In this document: positions 22,801-36,399 of the stretch, piece by piece
How positions within the stretch are numbered: position 1 is the stretch's first letter
Layout of the letters: every line of letters starts with the position of its first letter
Assembly (NCBI GenBank): GCA_043228905.1
Contig: JBHGNT010000015.1
Location: forward strand, 17,732,001 to 17,796,000
DNA length: 64,000 bases
Direction of reading: 5' to 3'
Source: Azolla caroliniana
Lineage: Eukaryota > Plantae > Polypodiophyta
The notes under the pieces: model-generated
Told to the model about the DNA's origin: nothing
What the model saw: the letters and a program-made list of their open reading frames with translations, nothing else
Database searches by the model: none
Made by a program: the position numbers and the translations under genes

Positions 22801-24221
22801 AACGTCTTCGTAAAAGGCGTTATCAGAGTATTTTATTGCATTCAAGGATTGGGTTAGTATTGATGTTTTTTCATTACCCTTTCATCATATGTAGAGCTTG
22901 TATAATAATACCTGATGTCCTATTGTTTCTATTAGAAACCGTGTCGAGGCAAGAAACAAGGAGAAGTTAAGGATATACACGATTTCCCTACATCCTTCCT
23001 TGCACATCTCGAGCGAGCCAGAAAAGAAAAGGATCGTCGCTTAGTCAAGGCGTACGAAATGGAGGAAGATGGCTCGTTTAAAAAATTTAGCCACAAAAAA
23101 GATATTACGAGAGATCTTTACTACAATGTGGTTTGCGGTGATGTCATCGACTTGATCCAGAAGGTGCCAAAGAAGGAATATACGCTAATGATTGCGGATA
23201 TTCCTTACGGATTTCGAATGGCTGGGTCATCATACGACGATGAACCGTTTAGGTTTAAACAATTGGAGAAGATGGTCAAGGATTTCGCTGAGCTAACGAC
23301 CGCATCCTTGTGGCGAATAGTTGTCTTTCATAGTATGGACCAAGGATACTCGGTAGCTCAAGCTTTGAGATCTCGTTGCCATGGCATCGAGAACCTTGCA
23401 TGGTAAGGATTATTTATAGGTGTCTTTCATTATATTGCAATTCTTAAGGTTGTTGAATCTATTCTTAACTCGATGAATTATTTTTTATAGGATCAAGACC
23501 AATGTAAATAGAGGGCCAACTTTTCGTTTCGTTAATGCCATTGAATACATAACGGTTGGCTACTTCGATGAAATTAAAAAACAGAGAATCAAAGAGCATT
23601 CTAATGAAGTGGGAGGTTCAAATCTGTTGGTATATCCAGCAGTGACTCGGAAATTGCGACATGTCACCACGACAGAACGGGGACTTGTCAACCCATACCA
23701 AAAACCTCAACGACTTATGATGCGCTTGATCGAGATGTTTTCTGTCGAAGGAGACTGGATATTAGATCTCTTTTCTGGCACAGGTATTCCTCGAACTAGG
23801 GTAACGATCTTGAGATAACCAATCACTTTTTTTCGTTTGACAACTAAATCTTCTTGTTACTTACATCATAGGAACTACGTCAGCATGTGCATTGAAGCTG
23901 TTTAGAAATACAGTTGCATTGGAGAAGGACGAGGACCAAGTTATATTTATTAATATGCGGATTAAGGCTTTGTGGGAGTGCCCAGACCAGGATGAGGTCG
24001 GTGCAAAGAACCTCGCCAATACAGAAAGGTTTCAACCCGCTTCGCGAGAGCCTATTCCTCCGTTAGCCGGCGAACCGGGGGAGCTAATAGAGCTTGATGA
24101 TGAGCTTATAGAAGATATTTCGTTGGCCCGGCTAACAGGGGAAACCAATGCACGTATAGCCGAAGACAGTTCTACACAAGATGATGAAGAAAATGACGTT
24201 GATGAATTGATTGCTATGTAA
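19885..24221 (+). CDS. Six-exon gene: ParB/Srx-like domain fused to a beta-class N6-adenine/N4-cytosine DNA methyltransferase (about 973 aa; one in-frame TAA in exon 3 of this copy)
   Basis: Exons 19885-19919, 21000-22637, 22714-22852, 22936-23402, 23491-23783 and 23872-24221 total 2922 nt; all five introns are GT-AG and phase-compatible. ParB-like region: YFVIGGSHSAEARRQL..LTTEEAKLLAWDHN. MTase: VVCGDVIDLI, LMIADIPYG (motif IV), WIKTN, NPYQKPQRLMMRLIEMFS..GDWILDLFSGTGTT (motif I) and RNTVALEKD. TAA at 22811-22813. Confidence 0.8.
19969..20590. repeat. Tandem array of a 33-bp palindrome (51-bp period, about 13 copies) inside intron 1
   Basis: ACACGAACTCGATACG[G/C]CGTATCGAGTTCGTGT plus spacer ATAAAGTGTAGGTTTTAA; the spacer orientation reverses at about 20400. 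Confidence 0.95.
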
Positions 24222-25232
24222 TAGACTATATAAAGAATATGACACTGACGATTTGTTAAGATTTCATATTATTAATACAAATTTTGGGTTTTACCTAGTG
24301 GATTCTATTCTTTATAATCATCTATATGTTTCAATTTTATTTTTATATACTTCATTAGTAGATTTATGATATTGGTTTCACCGCGTGGTTAGCTGACTAC
24401 CAAACTTATGGAGAAACATGAACTAGCTTAAATGGAGGCTGATTTTGGTCCAAGCTAACCTTAACAGAACATGGCCCTATAATTATTGCCATGACTGTCC
24501 ATGTTGTTATTATGGATCTTTGTCTTATATTGTTAAAACTATTATGTTTCTATTCCATTGCTGCTTAGATTGTGTAGTGTGTTGATAATGGTTCCAGTTG
24601 CGTTATCGTTCGGAGTTTGATCTTGTGTGAATCACCTAAGCAATAGAGTAGATCAATTTTAAATACAGGTATGAAAGCCTAATAGGTTTGTTATTTCCAC
24701 GACATTATCCTAAAGTTCACTGCCTTACATTGTGCACAATTATATACACATATGGTTTGATCCCATATGAACAAACTGAGGAATAGATTAGATCAACTTT
24801 TAATATAAGTATTGAATACTTTAATAAGTTAGTTATTCCAATCACTTATCCTAATGTGCACTATCCTACATTTTCGACAATTACATACATGCACGTATGG
24901 GTCAAAGTATAAATTATATCTCATTTTATTAGTATGGATACAAGTACACCTCATATTTTTGTAAAACCTACCTAATTAATATAAGTCTTTAAGTTAGTGT
25001 TTCCCTTGTCGCACAATAGTGCCATATTGAGCCATAGTTGAACTTTATTTAGATACATTAACTTATCAACATGTCTAAACTTGCATGATTTCTACTGATC
25101 TCCACTCGTAGATCTATCATGTATTTTTATTTTTGCAAATTCTTATCAAGTTGAGGAACATGTGATACTAGTGTATCCAATTATTGTAGAGAGGGTGTAT
25201 TTTCTTCGTTTTAAGAAGATTCTACAAGTGGA

Positions 25233-25268
25233 ATGCGCAATCCTTCCACTTGTGAACGCAAACGTGTT
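25233..25268 (-). repeat. Right TIR
   Basis: ATGCGCAATCCTTCCACTTGTGAACGCAAACGTGTT followed by TSD AAAT. Confidence 0.95.
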
Positions 25269-25721
25269 AAATTCTCATACATGAGAGCTAAAATGAGTGA
25301 CATGGTTATCATGCACCACATGTAATACATGAGCGCCAAATGGCAAACATGCATTTTAAGCATGTGTTGTACCCTCACATGCATCATATGCATGAGAGCA
25401 TCTATAAAAGAAGGGATAAAAAAGAAGAAGGGTTAGGCTCTTCTTTTGGTTATGAAATTAAAAAGAAGAGAATTCGTTATCGAATTGATCGTGTAACTTG
25501 TTTCTTAAAATCTAAAATCAAGAGTTCAATCTTAATCTCTCTCAATCTAAAGTCAAGCGTTCTATTCTTTCTCAATTTCTCTCTCTCTTTCAATCTAGCT
25601 TAAGTGCTTTCTCGCTAAAGCTTGCGCCAACTTCAAGTCCTTCCAGTACTTCGATCCTTCCGATCCAGAACCCCGGCGGTTCCGCCTCGCGATCCGCACC
25701 TAGTGACGGATCTTCACGACA

Positions 25722-26940
<1,219 letters not shown>

Positions 26941-27502
26941 ATTCTAGTGAAGAGGGGGGGAGGGAGAAGGAACGCGGAAGCTCTACTCAATTGGAAAGCG
27001 GAAGAAGAAGAATCAACAACATCGAGAGGCATCATCAACAAAGAAACTCCTACTATACTCCACTCTCTTCTTTCCTCCACCTCTCTTCCCCCATTCATTT
27101 ATAAACAATCCTTCATATTCACATCCAACCCATTGTAACATGATTCTTATATTATAAAAGAATCTATTATATTGATATAAACTAATGTTTTCTTTCATCT
27201 ACTTGTCTTATGTGTAAATCTTGATTGTGCATACTCCACTCTCTTCTTTCCTCCACCTCTCTTCCCCCATTCATTTATAAACAATCCTTCATATTCACAT
27301 CCAACCCATTGTAACATGATTCTTATATTATAAAAGAATCTATTATATTGATATAAATTAATGTTTTCTTTCATCTACTTGTCTTATGTGTAAATCTTGA
27401 TTGTGCTTATTTGTTATCGTCATTTGTGCTTATCTGTTGTGTGTCTTGTGAAAAGGGAGCATTTCGGGCTTGCCCATGCACCTCTCCTTTCACAAAGGCA
27501 TT

Positions 27503-30500
27503 AACACGTTTGCGCTCACAAGTGGAAGGATCGCGCACAAGTGGAAGGATAAGGAATATTCTGTTTGATTTTGGGGGTTTTTTTTCCATTTCACAAAACA
27601 TCTTGATACTAGTATCACATGTTCTCCAAAACTTGATGAAAAAGTTGAAATTTTCACCATTTGGTAAAATTGAAAAATGCCAAATTTGGGTAAAATATGA
27701 AAAGTAACTTTGTGGATTTTTAAAGAAAAATGACAACTAATAAGTTTTTAGATCTTAAAGAAATCAAAGTAGAATATTTCAAAACAATGAACGTTTTTAT
27801 TCCATTTGATAAAATGTTGTCTAAATTTGTTACATATAGTTGCACAACAAATACATTTGGGAGTTATTTGCATGACTATCATCATTCTTTTCATGAGAAT
27901 CACTACTATAGATAATATACAATTGTGACTCTTCCTCCTCATCTTCTAATGTACCAATCAAATCATTGTCTTCACCAAATGGTATCTCCAAATTTTGTGC
28001 AATAAATCTTCTTCGTCTTCAATCTGAGATATCTTCTAGACTTGCTAATATCTCTTTTATTATACATATCGTTGTTGTCCTTATACATCCAACTTTTGTT
28101 TGTGTAAAGTCATACATAATGATATCCACCTCATTAATGTCAATGATAGATGTATTACAAAGGTTTTATACATCATCACATCCAAAACTTTACCAATGCA
28201 GAATTGGTACCCTAGGTGATGGCCATCTACATGTGTAGCTATTAATATCCCCACCTTGACTTCTTGCAAGTTTCCTTGTCACCTGAGTTATGCTTGTGTT
28301 GTCATCATTCGTTCCAACTATAAAGATCAACATTAAGTAGTGATTGAGAACCACACGAACACTTTATGGACCGTGTAAATGGCATTTGCAAGGTTCAATT
28401 ACCATCAACACAATTATTAATAGTTTTTTGTTAATCAATGATGCACATGTTCACCATAAAGTATCTTATTGTACAACATACTTGTTTGCACTATCGATAT
28501 GCATCTTTTTCTCTTGTAAAAACAAAGACTTTAGTACGATTCAAGTTCATGTTTAAAAAACCTCTTTTATCTGAAAAACAACAAGATTTTAAACATTAAG
28601 TCGATATGTTATATCGAGTTGATGTAAAAAATAGAGTTTTCATCATAATTCCATATAATGTATTGAATTCTTGCTCAAAGTTTTTTTTACTAGATTTAAA
28701 AAATAATAATAATAATAAATTGTGCTTGAGTTCATCTAGAAAACCATAATTTTCATCACAATTCGATATAATGTATTGAGTTCATGCTTAAAGTAATTTT
28801 TTATAATTGTTTTCAATTTTGTTTCAATTTTTTTCAATTTTTTATAGTTTTTTATTGATTTTGTTTTATTTTTTAAACATCAATTTGATACATTGTATCG
28901 ACTTGTGATAAAAGCTATGGTTTTTTCATCACTTATTAAAGCTCAATTTTGTTTTAGAAAAAAAAACAAAGTACCAAAATAAAATAGAAAAAATGTAATT
29001 ATTTAAAAAAAAATCCAAAATTAAACTTTTCACGTCATGATATGGTAGGACTCGAACCCATGACCTTATGTTACATGGGTCGAGCTCTTGACCATTAAAC
29101 CATACATTGTAATACATAAAGCATTATTTTTATCACTTCTTAAAGCTTAAGTTTTTTTAGAAAAAAAACAAAACACCATAATAAAATAGGAAAAAATGTA
29201 ATTATTTTGAAAAAAAAATCCGAAAATAAAACTTTAAACATGAACTCGATACACCGTGTCGGGTTCATGTAAAAAAGTTAGATTTTCAACATGAACTCGA
29301 TACGCCGTATCGGGTTCATGTAAAAAAGTTAGTATCGAGTTCTTGTAAAAAAGCTAACTTTTTTACATGTCATCATATGGTAAGACGCGAACGCATGACC
29401 TTCTGCTACATGGGTGGAGCTCTTGCCCATTAGACCATGCATTGTAATACATAAATTATTATTTTTATCACTTATTAAAGCTTAATTTGTTTTTAGAAAA
29501 AAATCAAAACACTATAATAAAATAGGAAAAAATGTAATTATTTTTAAAAAAAAATCTGAAATAAAACTTTAAACATGAACTCGATACGCCGTATCGAGTT
29601 CATGTTTAAAAGGGGTATTGAGTTCATGTAAAAAAGTTAGCTCAATTCATGACATGATATGGTAGGACTCAAACCCATGACCTTGTGCTACATGGGTGGG
29701 GCTCTTGACCATTAGACCATACATTGTAATACATAAAATGTTATTTTCATCACTTATTAAAGCTTAAAGTTTTTTAGAAAAAAAACAATATTATTTTCCT
29801 CACTTATTAAAGCTTAAAGTTTTTTAGAAAAAAAAAACAAAATACCAAAATAAAATAGGAAAAAATGTAATTATTTAAAAAAAAAATCAGAAATAAAACT
29901 TTAAACATGAACTCGATACGCCATATCGAGTTCATGTAAAAAAGTTAGCTTTTTAGCATGAACTCGATACGGCGTATCGAGTTCATGTTGAAAAGGCGTA
30001 TCGAGTTCATGTAAAAAAGTTAGCTTTTCAACATGAACTCAATACGCCGTAGATTAACTCATGTCATCATCATTCCCTCTCAGTCCCTCTCTCTCTCACA
30101 CTCTCTCTCTCTCTTCTTTTCTCAAGCGTTCTACACCTTAAATTCTTCTTAGTACTAATATTTCTCTCTTAGTACTAATTTCGTCTTTGTCTTAGAATTT
30201 TGTTTTTGAGCTTTAATAAGTGATGAAAAAACCAGAATTTTTATCACAAGTCGATACAATGTATCAAGTTCATGTTTAAAATTATTATTTTTTCTATAAA
30301 AAATAAAAATAATAAAAGAAATTGAAAAAAACAAAAAAAATTTTAAAAAAAACAAAAAAATTTGAAACAAATTGAAAATGTTTTTTTAAAAATTAGAAAA
30401 AATTACTTTAAACATGAACTCGATACATTGTATTGAATTGTGATGAAAAATCTGGTTTTTCTATGAACTCAAGCTTAATTTATTATTATTATTATTTTTT

Positions 30501-31374
30501 CAATCCGGTAAAAAAACTTTGAACATGAATTTAATATATTGTATAGAGTTATGATGAAAACTCTATTTTTTACGTCAATTCAATACAACATATCGTGTTC
30601 ATGTTTAAAACTCTTGTTGTTTTTCAAATAAAAGAGGTTTTTAAAGATGTATGTTGCAGAACAAGATACCTTATGGTAAATATGTGCTTCATTTATTAGA
30701 AGAAAACCATTAATAATTGTGTTGATGGTAATTGAACTTTGCAAATGCCATTTACTTCACAAATTTTGAAGGGGAATTCTTATAAGGAAGGAGATTATAA
30801 CATTATAGATACCTTGATAACTATGTGTTATGTTCAAATTGATATATTAATGTTCACATCTAAAGTTTGACAATTTATGAATATCGTCTACATTTTAGGA
30901 GTTGTGGATTTATCAAAATTGTTTATGAATATTGTCTACATTTCTTGAGTTGTGAATTTATGGATGTTAATGAGCACTAATTTATAGATGATGACATTAA
31001 GGATTGCAATATTACCTTTTATACTTAAAACATTTTCAAGTCTAACAATAGATGTAACCTTAATCTTCTCAAGACGGTGAAACCATTAATCTTAACTTGT
31101 GCCTTGAGTTGACCATAATTGTGATTTTATTTAAGTTAACTACATTTCATATCTGCAAACCATCAACATTTAAACATTATCCCTAAACTATTCAATTTTA
31201 GAAATTATCATTTAGAAATTTGTTAAATCTCAAAAAATTAGCAAAATTTACATGCTATTTAAAACATGTGATACTAGTGTATCAAGTTTTTGGAAATTGC
31301 CTAAAATCGCAAGATTATAAAAGGAATCTATAAGTGGAATGCGCAATCCTTCCACTTGTGAATGCAAAGGTGTT
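27503..31374. mobile_element. Non-autonomous Sola-like element (3872 bp), TSD CATT
   Basis: Same TIRs (AACACGTTTGCGCTCACAAGTGGAAGGATCGCGCA ... TGCGCAATCCTTCCACTTGTGAATGCAAAGGTGTT); CATT at 27499-27502 and 31375-31378; transposase 3' relic; palindrome copies. Confidence 0.9.
27890..28530 (-). pseudogene. Degenerate C-terminal fragment of the Sola-like transposase
   Basis: QEVKVGILIATHVDGHHLGYQFCIGKVLDV matches QELTAGMLIATPADENSHGHQFWVGKILEV of 16299-19079; nucleotide similarity to 16300-16370. Confidence 0.8.
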
Positions 31375-31399
31375 CATTCAAACCTACGTGCCTTATATG

Positions 31400-32090
31400 T
31401 TATTGTCATTTGTGCTTATTTGTTTGTGTGTCTTGTGAAAGGGGAGCGTTTCGGGCTTGCCCATGCACCTCTCCTTTCACAAAGGCATCCAAACTTTCGT
31501 GTCTTGCGTGTTAGTGTAAATCTTGCTTGTGTGTTCGTGCGATTTGTGGCAAGGGAGCGTTCGGGCTTGTCCATGCACCTCTCCTTTCACAAAGGCGTTT
31601 GAAATCGTGTCTTGTGTGTTAGTGTAAATCTTGTTCGTGTGTTCGTGCGACTTGTGGCAAGAGAGTGTTCGGGCTTGCTCATGCACCTCTCCTTTCACAA
31701 AGGCGTTCGAAATTGTGTCTCCCGTGTGTAAACCTTGCTTGTGTGTTCGCGTGTCTTGTAACAAGGGAGCGTTTGGGCTTGCCCATGCACCTCTCTTTTC
31801 ACAAAGCCATTCGAAACTCTGTCTCTTGTGTGTGTAAGTAAGCCTTTTCCTTGTGTGTTCGCGTGTCTTGTAACAAGGGAGTGTTCGGGCTTGCCCATGC
31901 ACCTCTCTTTTCACAAAGGCATTCGAAACTTTGTCTCTCGTGTGTGTAAGTAAACCTTTTCTTTGTGTGTCCATGTGTAAACCTTCCTCACGTGCATTCG
32001 TTCGCCTTGTGACTAGGGGTTCATTCGGGCTTGCCCATGCACCTCTTCGTTTCACAAACACGTTTGAATACTTGTGCCTTGTGTTGTGCA
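31400..32090 (+). repeat. Tandem repeat of about 110-120 bp (about 6 copies) in LTR D
   Basis: Recurrent CGGGCTTGCCCATGCACCTCTCCTTTCACAAAGGC; one further copy at about 27465. Confidence 0.85.
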
Positions 32091-32170
32091 TGTGCGCCCT
32101 ATTTCCTTCCCGTCCATAACCCTGGCGGTTCCACCTCACAATCCATACATAGTGACGGATTTTCACGACA

Positions 32171-35100
32171 ACGCCAATAGTCGACTGATCCTAAATCTGG
32201 ATGAGACAATCGGCCAAGCCCTCACCGAGGACATTCAGCGAAAATTGATGGGAATTACTATCGATGAATCAGCAGAAGCCCATCACTCGATCGACAGAGT
32301 TGTACGAGAGAACAAGCCGACAAAACTTGTCGGAATAACAACCGATCAAAAACGAGGGGAGACCGACAGCGGTCAAAGTCAAGAACGGGCCGATCAGGCG
32401 AATTCTACACACACTGCAAAAAAGTTGGCCACAATGTTTTCGACTTCTGGTCAATCAAGAGGAAAGAGAATGGTCGCCGATCCGAGCGAAATCTAGATAG
32501 ACCCAACTCAGACCACTCTCCAGTCGGCAACCAAATCAATGTTGTCGACTCCCGATCAAGAGAAGTTCTCTCCTTAGAGTATTCAGTGATCGGAGAAGTC
32601 CTCTACATTGCACAAGATGCACACACATGGCTACTGGATTCCGGTGCCACATTCCATGTGACCCCCAACATTGAATGGTTTTCGGACTATTCAGTCGACA
32701 CCAACGGCACAGTCTATCTAGGCAACGAGCAGGAGTGCAAAATTGCAAGGACCGGAGAGGTTCCTATCCGATTGCCAAATGGCAACACAATAACCTTGCA
32801 TTGAGTTCGGCATGTACCTGATCTGAAAAGGAGTCTGATCTCCATCGGCGTGCTAGCCGAAGATGGGTACAAAACGACTCTAAGTGAGTTGGTATGGATG
32901 ATCAACCAACGAAACTTGAAGATAGGAAGCGGGCACAAGTACAACAACCTATACCCATTAATGGTGATCAATCCAGAAGGAGCCGTGAACTTAGCCGAAA
33001 AGACCGGCCCAAACTTATGGCATGGCCGACTCGGTCACATGTCTCAAGCCAAACTTGATCGGTTGATGGTGGTAGGCTACATCCCGAAACTCCAATCGAA
33101 GACGAACTTGTACGAGCATTGTCGATACGGGAAACAGACCCGAAGTCCACACACCCTCCACTACGATACGGTACAATTGCCCCTAGAGCTCGTGCACACA
33201 GATATATGTGGGCCCATGTCAAAGCGATCACTAGGAGGCTCCCGATACTTCATCACCTTTGTAGATGACTATACATGGAAGGTTTGGGCCTACTCGATCA
33301 GGTCCAAAGACGAAGCGCTCGAGGTCTTCACGCGATGGATATCTAAAGTGGAGAACCGGTCGGAACACAAAGTGAAGACACTCAGATCCGACAATGGAGG
33401 TGAGTACATCTCTAGAGCCTTCAAATAGTACTTGTCCAACAAAGGGATCCGACATCAAAAGACCGTTCCCTACACACCCATGCAAAATGGAGTGGCAGAA
33501 TGGATCAACAGAACAATCCAGGAAAGGGTGATGACAATGCTTCAGCAAGCCAGACTGAAGCTGGAATTCTGGGCAAAAGCATTGCAGATGGTAGTATACC
33601 TGATAAATCTGGCGCCGTCAAGAACAATTAGGCTCGAAGTGCCACAGGCACTATGGTTAGGCAAACAACCGACCTACGATAGGCTTCGTATATTCGGATG
33701 TGAAGCCTACACGTTCATCCCTAGGGATAAAAGGACAAAATTGGCACCCCATGCAACAAAATGCATATTTCTCGGTTATGGAACCGATGGGGACTTTGGC
33801 TACCAGCTATGGGACCCTGAAAACCAGAAACTAATCAGGAGCAGTGACGTAGTCTTCAATGAAGATTCTATCTTCTCTCAGCGGAACCAACAGAAAATAG
33901 TTGGTAAAAAGGTATCCTTCCAAGACGACAGTGATGTCGTAGAAGGACTGACCCACCGGGCCAACTTAGAGATTCGACAAACAGTCAAACTGGAACAAGC
34001 CGACAACACACCTGCCGACTCCGAATTGGTAGGAAGTCCACTAGTTGAACTCAAAGACAAAGCCATCAACGACAAAGCCGATTCGACAAGAGTTGAAGTA
34101 GGCAAAGTCAACAAGATGCGAGTAGGAAACAGAACCGAGTTGACAAAGTCCATAGGGGAGGACAATGTGACACCACCGAAATCCCGACTTGGGGGCGGGT
34201 CACCTAACAAGACTCCTGACACAAATGGTTCAACAAATACTGATCTCCCAACTGAGTCGATCGAAGAATCCGAACCACTTATCTCGGCACCCAAGAGATC
34301 TAGACAAGCTCGAAGGCCAATAGAGTTTTTTCAACCGGGCCTCGACTATGTCAACTACACCGATGTCGGCGAACCAAGCACTTCTGAAGAAGCTATGGCC
34401 GCAACGGACACCAACACATGGCTATACAAGCCATGAAATCTGAAATGGACTCGATTCACAAGAATCGGACATGGGGGCTAGTTGAACTACTAGCTGGAAG
34501 GAAGCTGCTACCCTGCAAATTGGTTTTCCGATACAAGTACGTATCCGACTTCGAATAACCCAAGTACAAAGCTCGGCTCGTCGCAAAGGGATTCAAACAA
34601 GAATACGGGGTCGACTACGACGAGATATTCTCACCAGTAGTCAAGAGGACCACCCTCCAACTCTTACTAGGAGTTGTGGCGACACAAGACCTAGAGCTAG
34701 AGCAGTTGCATGTAAAGACGACATTCCTACACGGAGATCTGAAAGAAGACATCTACATGTCTCAACCGACAAGCTTCACGACAACGGGGGAGGACAATCA
34801 CCTATTATGTTGGTTAAAGAAAAGTCTATATGGCTTGAAACAAGCATCGAGGATGTGGTAGCAGAAGTTTCACTCCTACATCAGGCAGCTTGGATACCGC
34901 CGATCTGACTCCGACCCATGCATGTATATTTGGCAACTGGCTGACGAGTCAAGGATTTATCTGATCCTATACATCAACGACATGTTGATTGCAAGAAGCA
35001 ATCAAGCATAGATCGGAAAGTTGAAGCGGAGCCTTCACGACAAGTTTGCAATGAAGGAACTCGGACAAGCCCGTCACATATTGGGCGTGAGGATCAAGCG

Positions 35101-36374
35101 AAATCGGATGACCAAGACTCTCTAACTCTCCCAGTCCGACTATATTCGGAAGGTGCTGAAGTGCTTCAATATGGAGAATGTAAATCCAACACCAACACCG
35201 CTTCCGACGTCGATCCGACTATCGGACAAAGACTCTCCTTCAACGAACAAGGAGAGAGAGCTTAATGGAAAGATGCCCTACGCATCGACCGTTGGAAGTA
35301 TCATGTACGCAATGGTGGCGACCTGGCCTGACCTAGCCTATGCCATAGGGGTGGTCAGCCGGTACATGCCAAACCTAGGACGGAAGCATTGGGAGGCCGT
35401 CAAGCACATCTTTAGGTATCTGAGAGGGACTGAAGATACACAAGTGACTTTCGGTTTGACAACCTCAACTGAAGTTGAAGGCTACACCGATTCCGACTAT
35501 GCTAGAAATACAGATAATTGGAAATCGACATCAGGCTACATCTTCACCTATGGAGGTGATGCAATATCATGGAGATCGAAACTTCAAGACTGCACGGCTC
35601 TGTCTACACAGAAGCCGAGTACATAGCGGCATCGGAAGCAGCAAAGGAAGCGATCTGGTTGCACCGATTGTCTGCTAACTTCTCGGATACAAGCAGAAAC
35701 GACCGACTACCGCCAACCATCCATTGCGACTCACAGAGCGCAATACACCTCATCAACAATCCCGTCTACCACGCAAAGACGAAGCATATTGAGGTGTGGT
35801 ATCATCACATTTGGGAGCTCATAACCGAGAAGAAGCTCGAAGTTCGGAAAATCGACATCAAGGTGAACATCTTTGATTGCCTGATGAAGCCACTCCCAAA
35901 TCTACATTTCGGAGCACTAAGGACAAAGATGGGACTACGACAAGCGACCAAGCAGAAGAAAGCCAAATGAGGGACAGTAGGTAAGAACTAATCAGAACAA
36001 CTATATCTACACTTACTATACCTCTGCCGACTCGGTCGCATGCCGACTAACTTGTAATGTAAATTTAGGATAATCTTGTAATCTAGATTTAAAGGGGAGA
36101 TAACCCCAAACATTTGTATACGCAAGAAAGAGTAGTCCTTTTATGGGGGAGTTTGTTGGCATAAAAGGCCGACTCCTTCCAATTTGTATTTGTCCGAGTG
36201 TGAACTCATCCACATAGTTAGGGCTTAGTATATAAGCAATAACCTAACGTTGTAAAGGGTAATGATCCACGTTGTATCAAGTCTCCACCTTCCTCCCTTT
36301 TTGTGTTGTTTTCCGAGTACGAAAACAGGTTCTCATACACTTCCGCATACGCACACACCTACCAACCTTTTACA
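32171..36374 (+). mobile_element. Degenerate Ty1/Copia element (PR-IN-RT-RNase H, PPT, probable 3' LTR)
   Basis: WLLDSGATFH, LWHGRLGH, LVHTDICGP, RSDNGGEY, YKARLVAKGF, YTDSDYA and EAEYIA in Copia order with many stops and frameshifts. PPT AAAGGGGAGA at about 36091-36100; LTR end uncertain. Confidence 0.85.
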
Positions 36375-36399
36375 AGATGAACAGAGAGTTGTCATACTT

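Larger units (their letters stand above)
15941..25268. mobile_element. Sola-like TIR DNA transposon (9328 bp) carrying a transposase and a ParB-like/amino-methyltransferase cargo gene
   Basis: 36-bp TIRs (34/36 identical) AACACGTT[C/T]GCGTTCACAAGTGGAAGGAT[C/T]GCGCAT. TSD AAAT at 15937-15940 and 25269-25272, confirmed by the empty site TGTAAATTCTCATAC in LTR A (about 14427-14441). A 4-bp TSD and the transposase motifs fit Sola; the superfamily assignment is from memory. Confidence 0.9.
14853..25721 (+). mobile_element. Ty3 element B (same family as A and its host): integrase tail 14853-15112, PPT, 3' LTR 15185-15940 + 25269-25721 split by the DNA transposon
   Basis: DSSLDNQHSTTRK..PIAGKRVKIFKKR duplicates the integrase end of A. 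The two LTR halves join to match 13768-14852. There is an internal tandem duplication of about 125 bp near 15290-15540. Confidence 0.85.
26941..32170 (+). mobile_element. LTR D (A/B-related Ty3 lineage), 3' portion, interrupted by a non-autonomous Sola-like element
   Basis: Ends CCCTGGCGGTTCCACCTCACAATCC..TAGTGACGGATTTTCACGACA like LTRs A and B. The repeat unit on both sides of 27503-31374 is continuous. There is a 176-bp tandem duplication at 27055-27406. Confidence 0.65.

Noticed and set aside
15940-25269. Alternative boundary with T...A termini and a 2-bp TSD
   Set aside because: The second copy has CATT on both sides of AACAC...GTGTT, which fixes a 4-bp TSD.
13768-25721. LTR A and LTR B as the two LTRs of one short TRIM-like element
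   Set aside because: LTR A is preceded by its own PPT and followed by mid-integrase sequence with no PBS, so both are 3' LTRs of nested copies.
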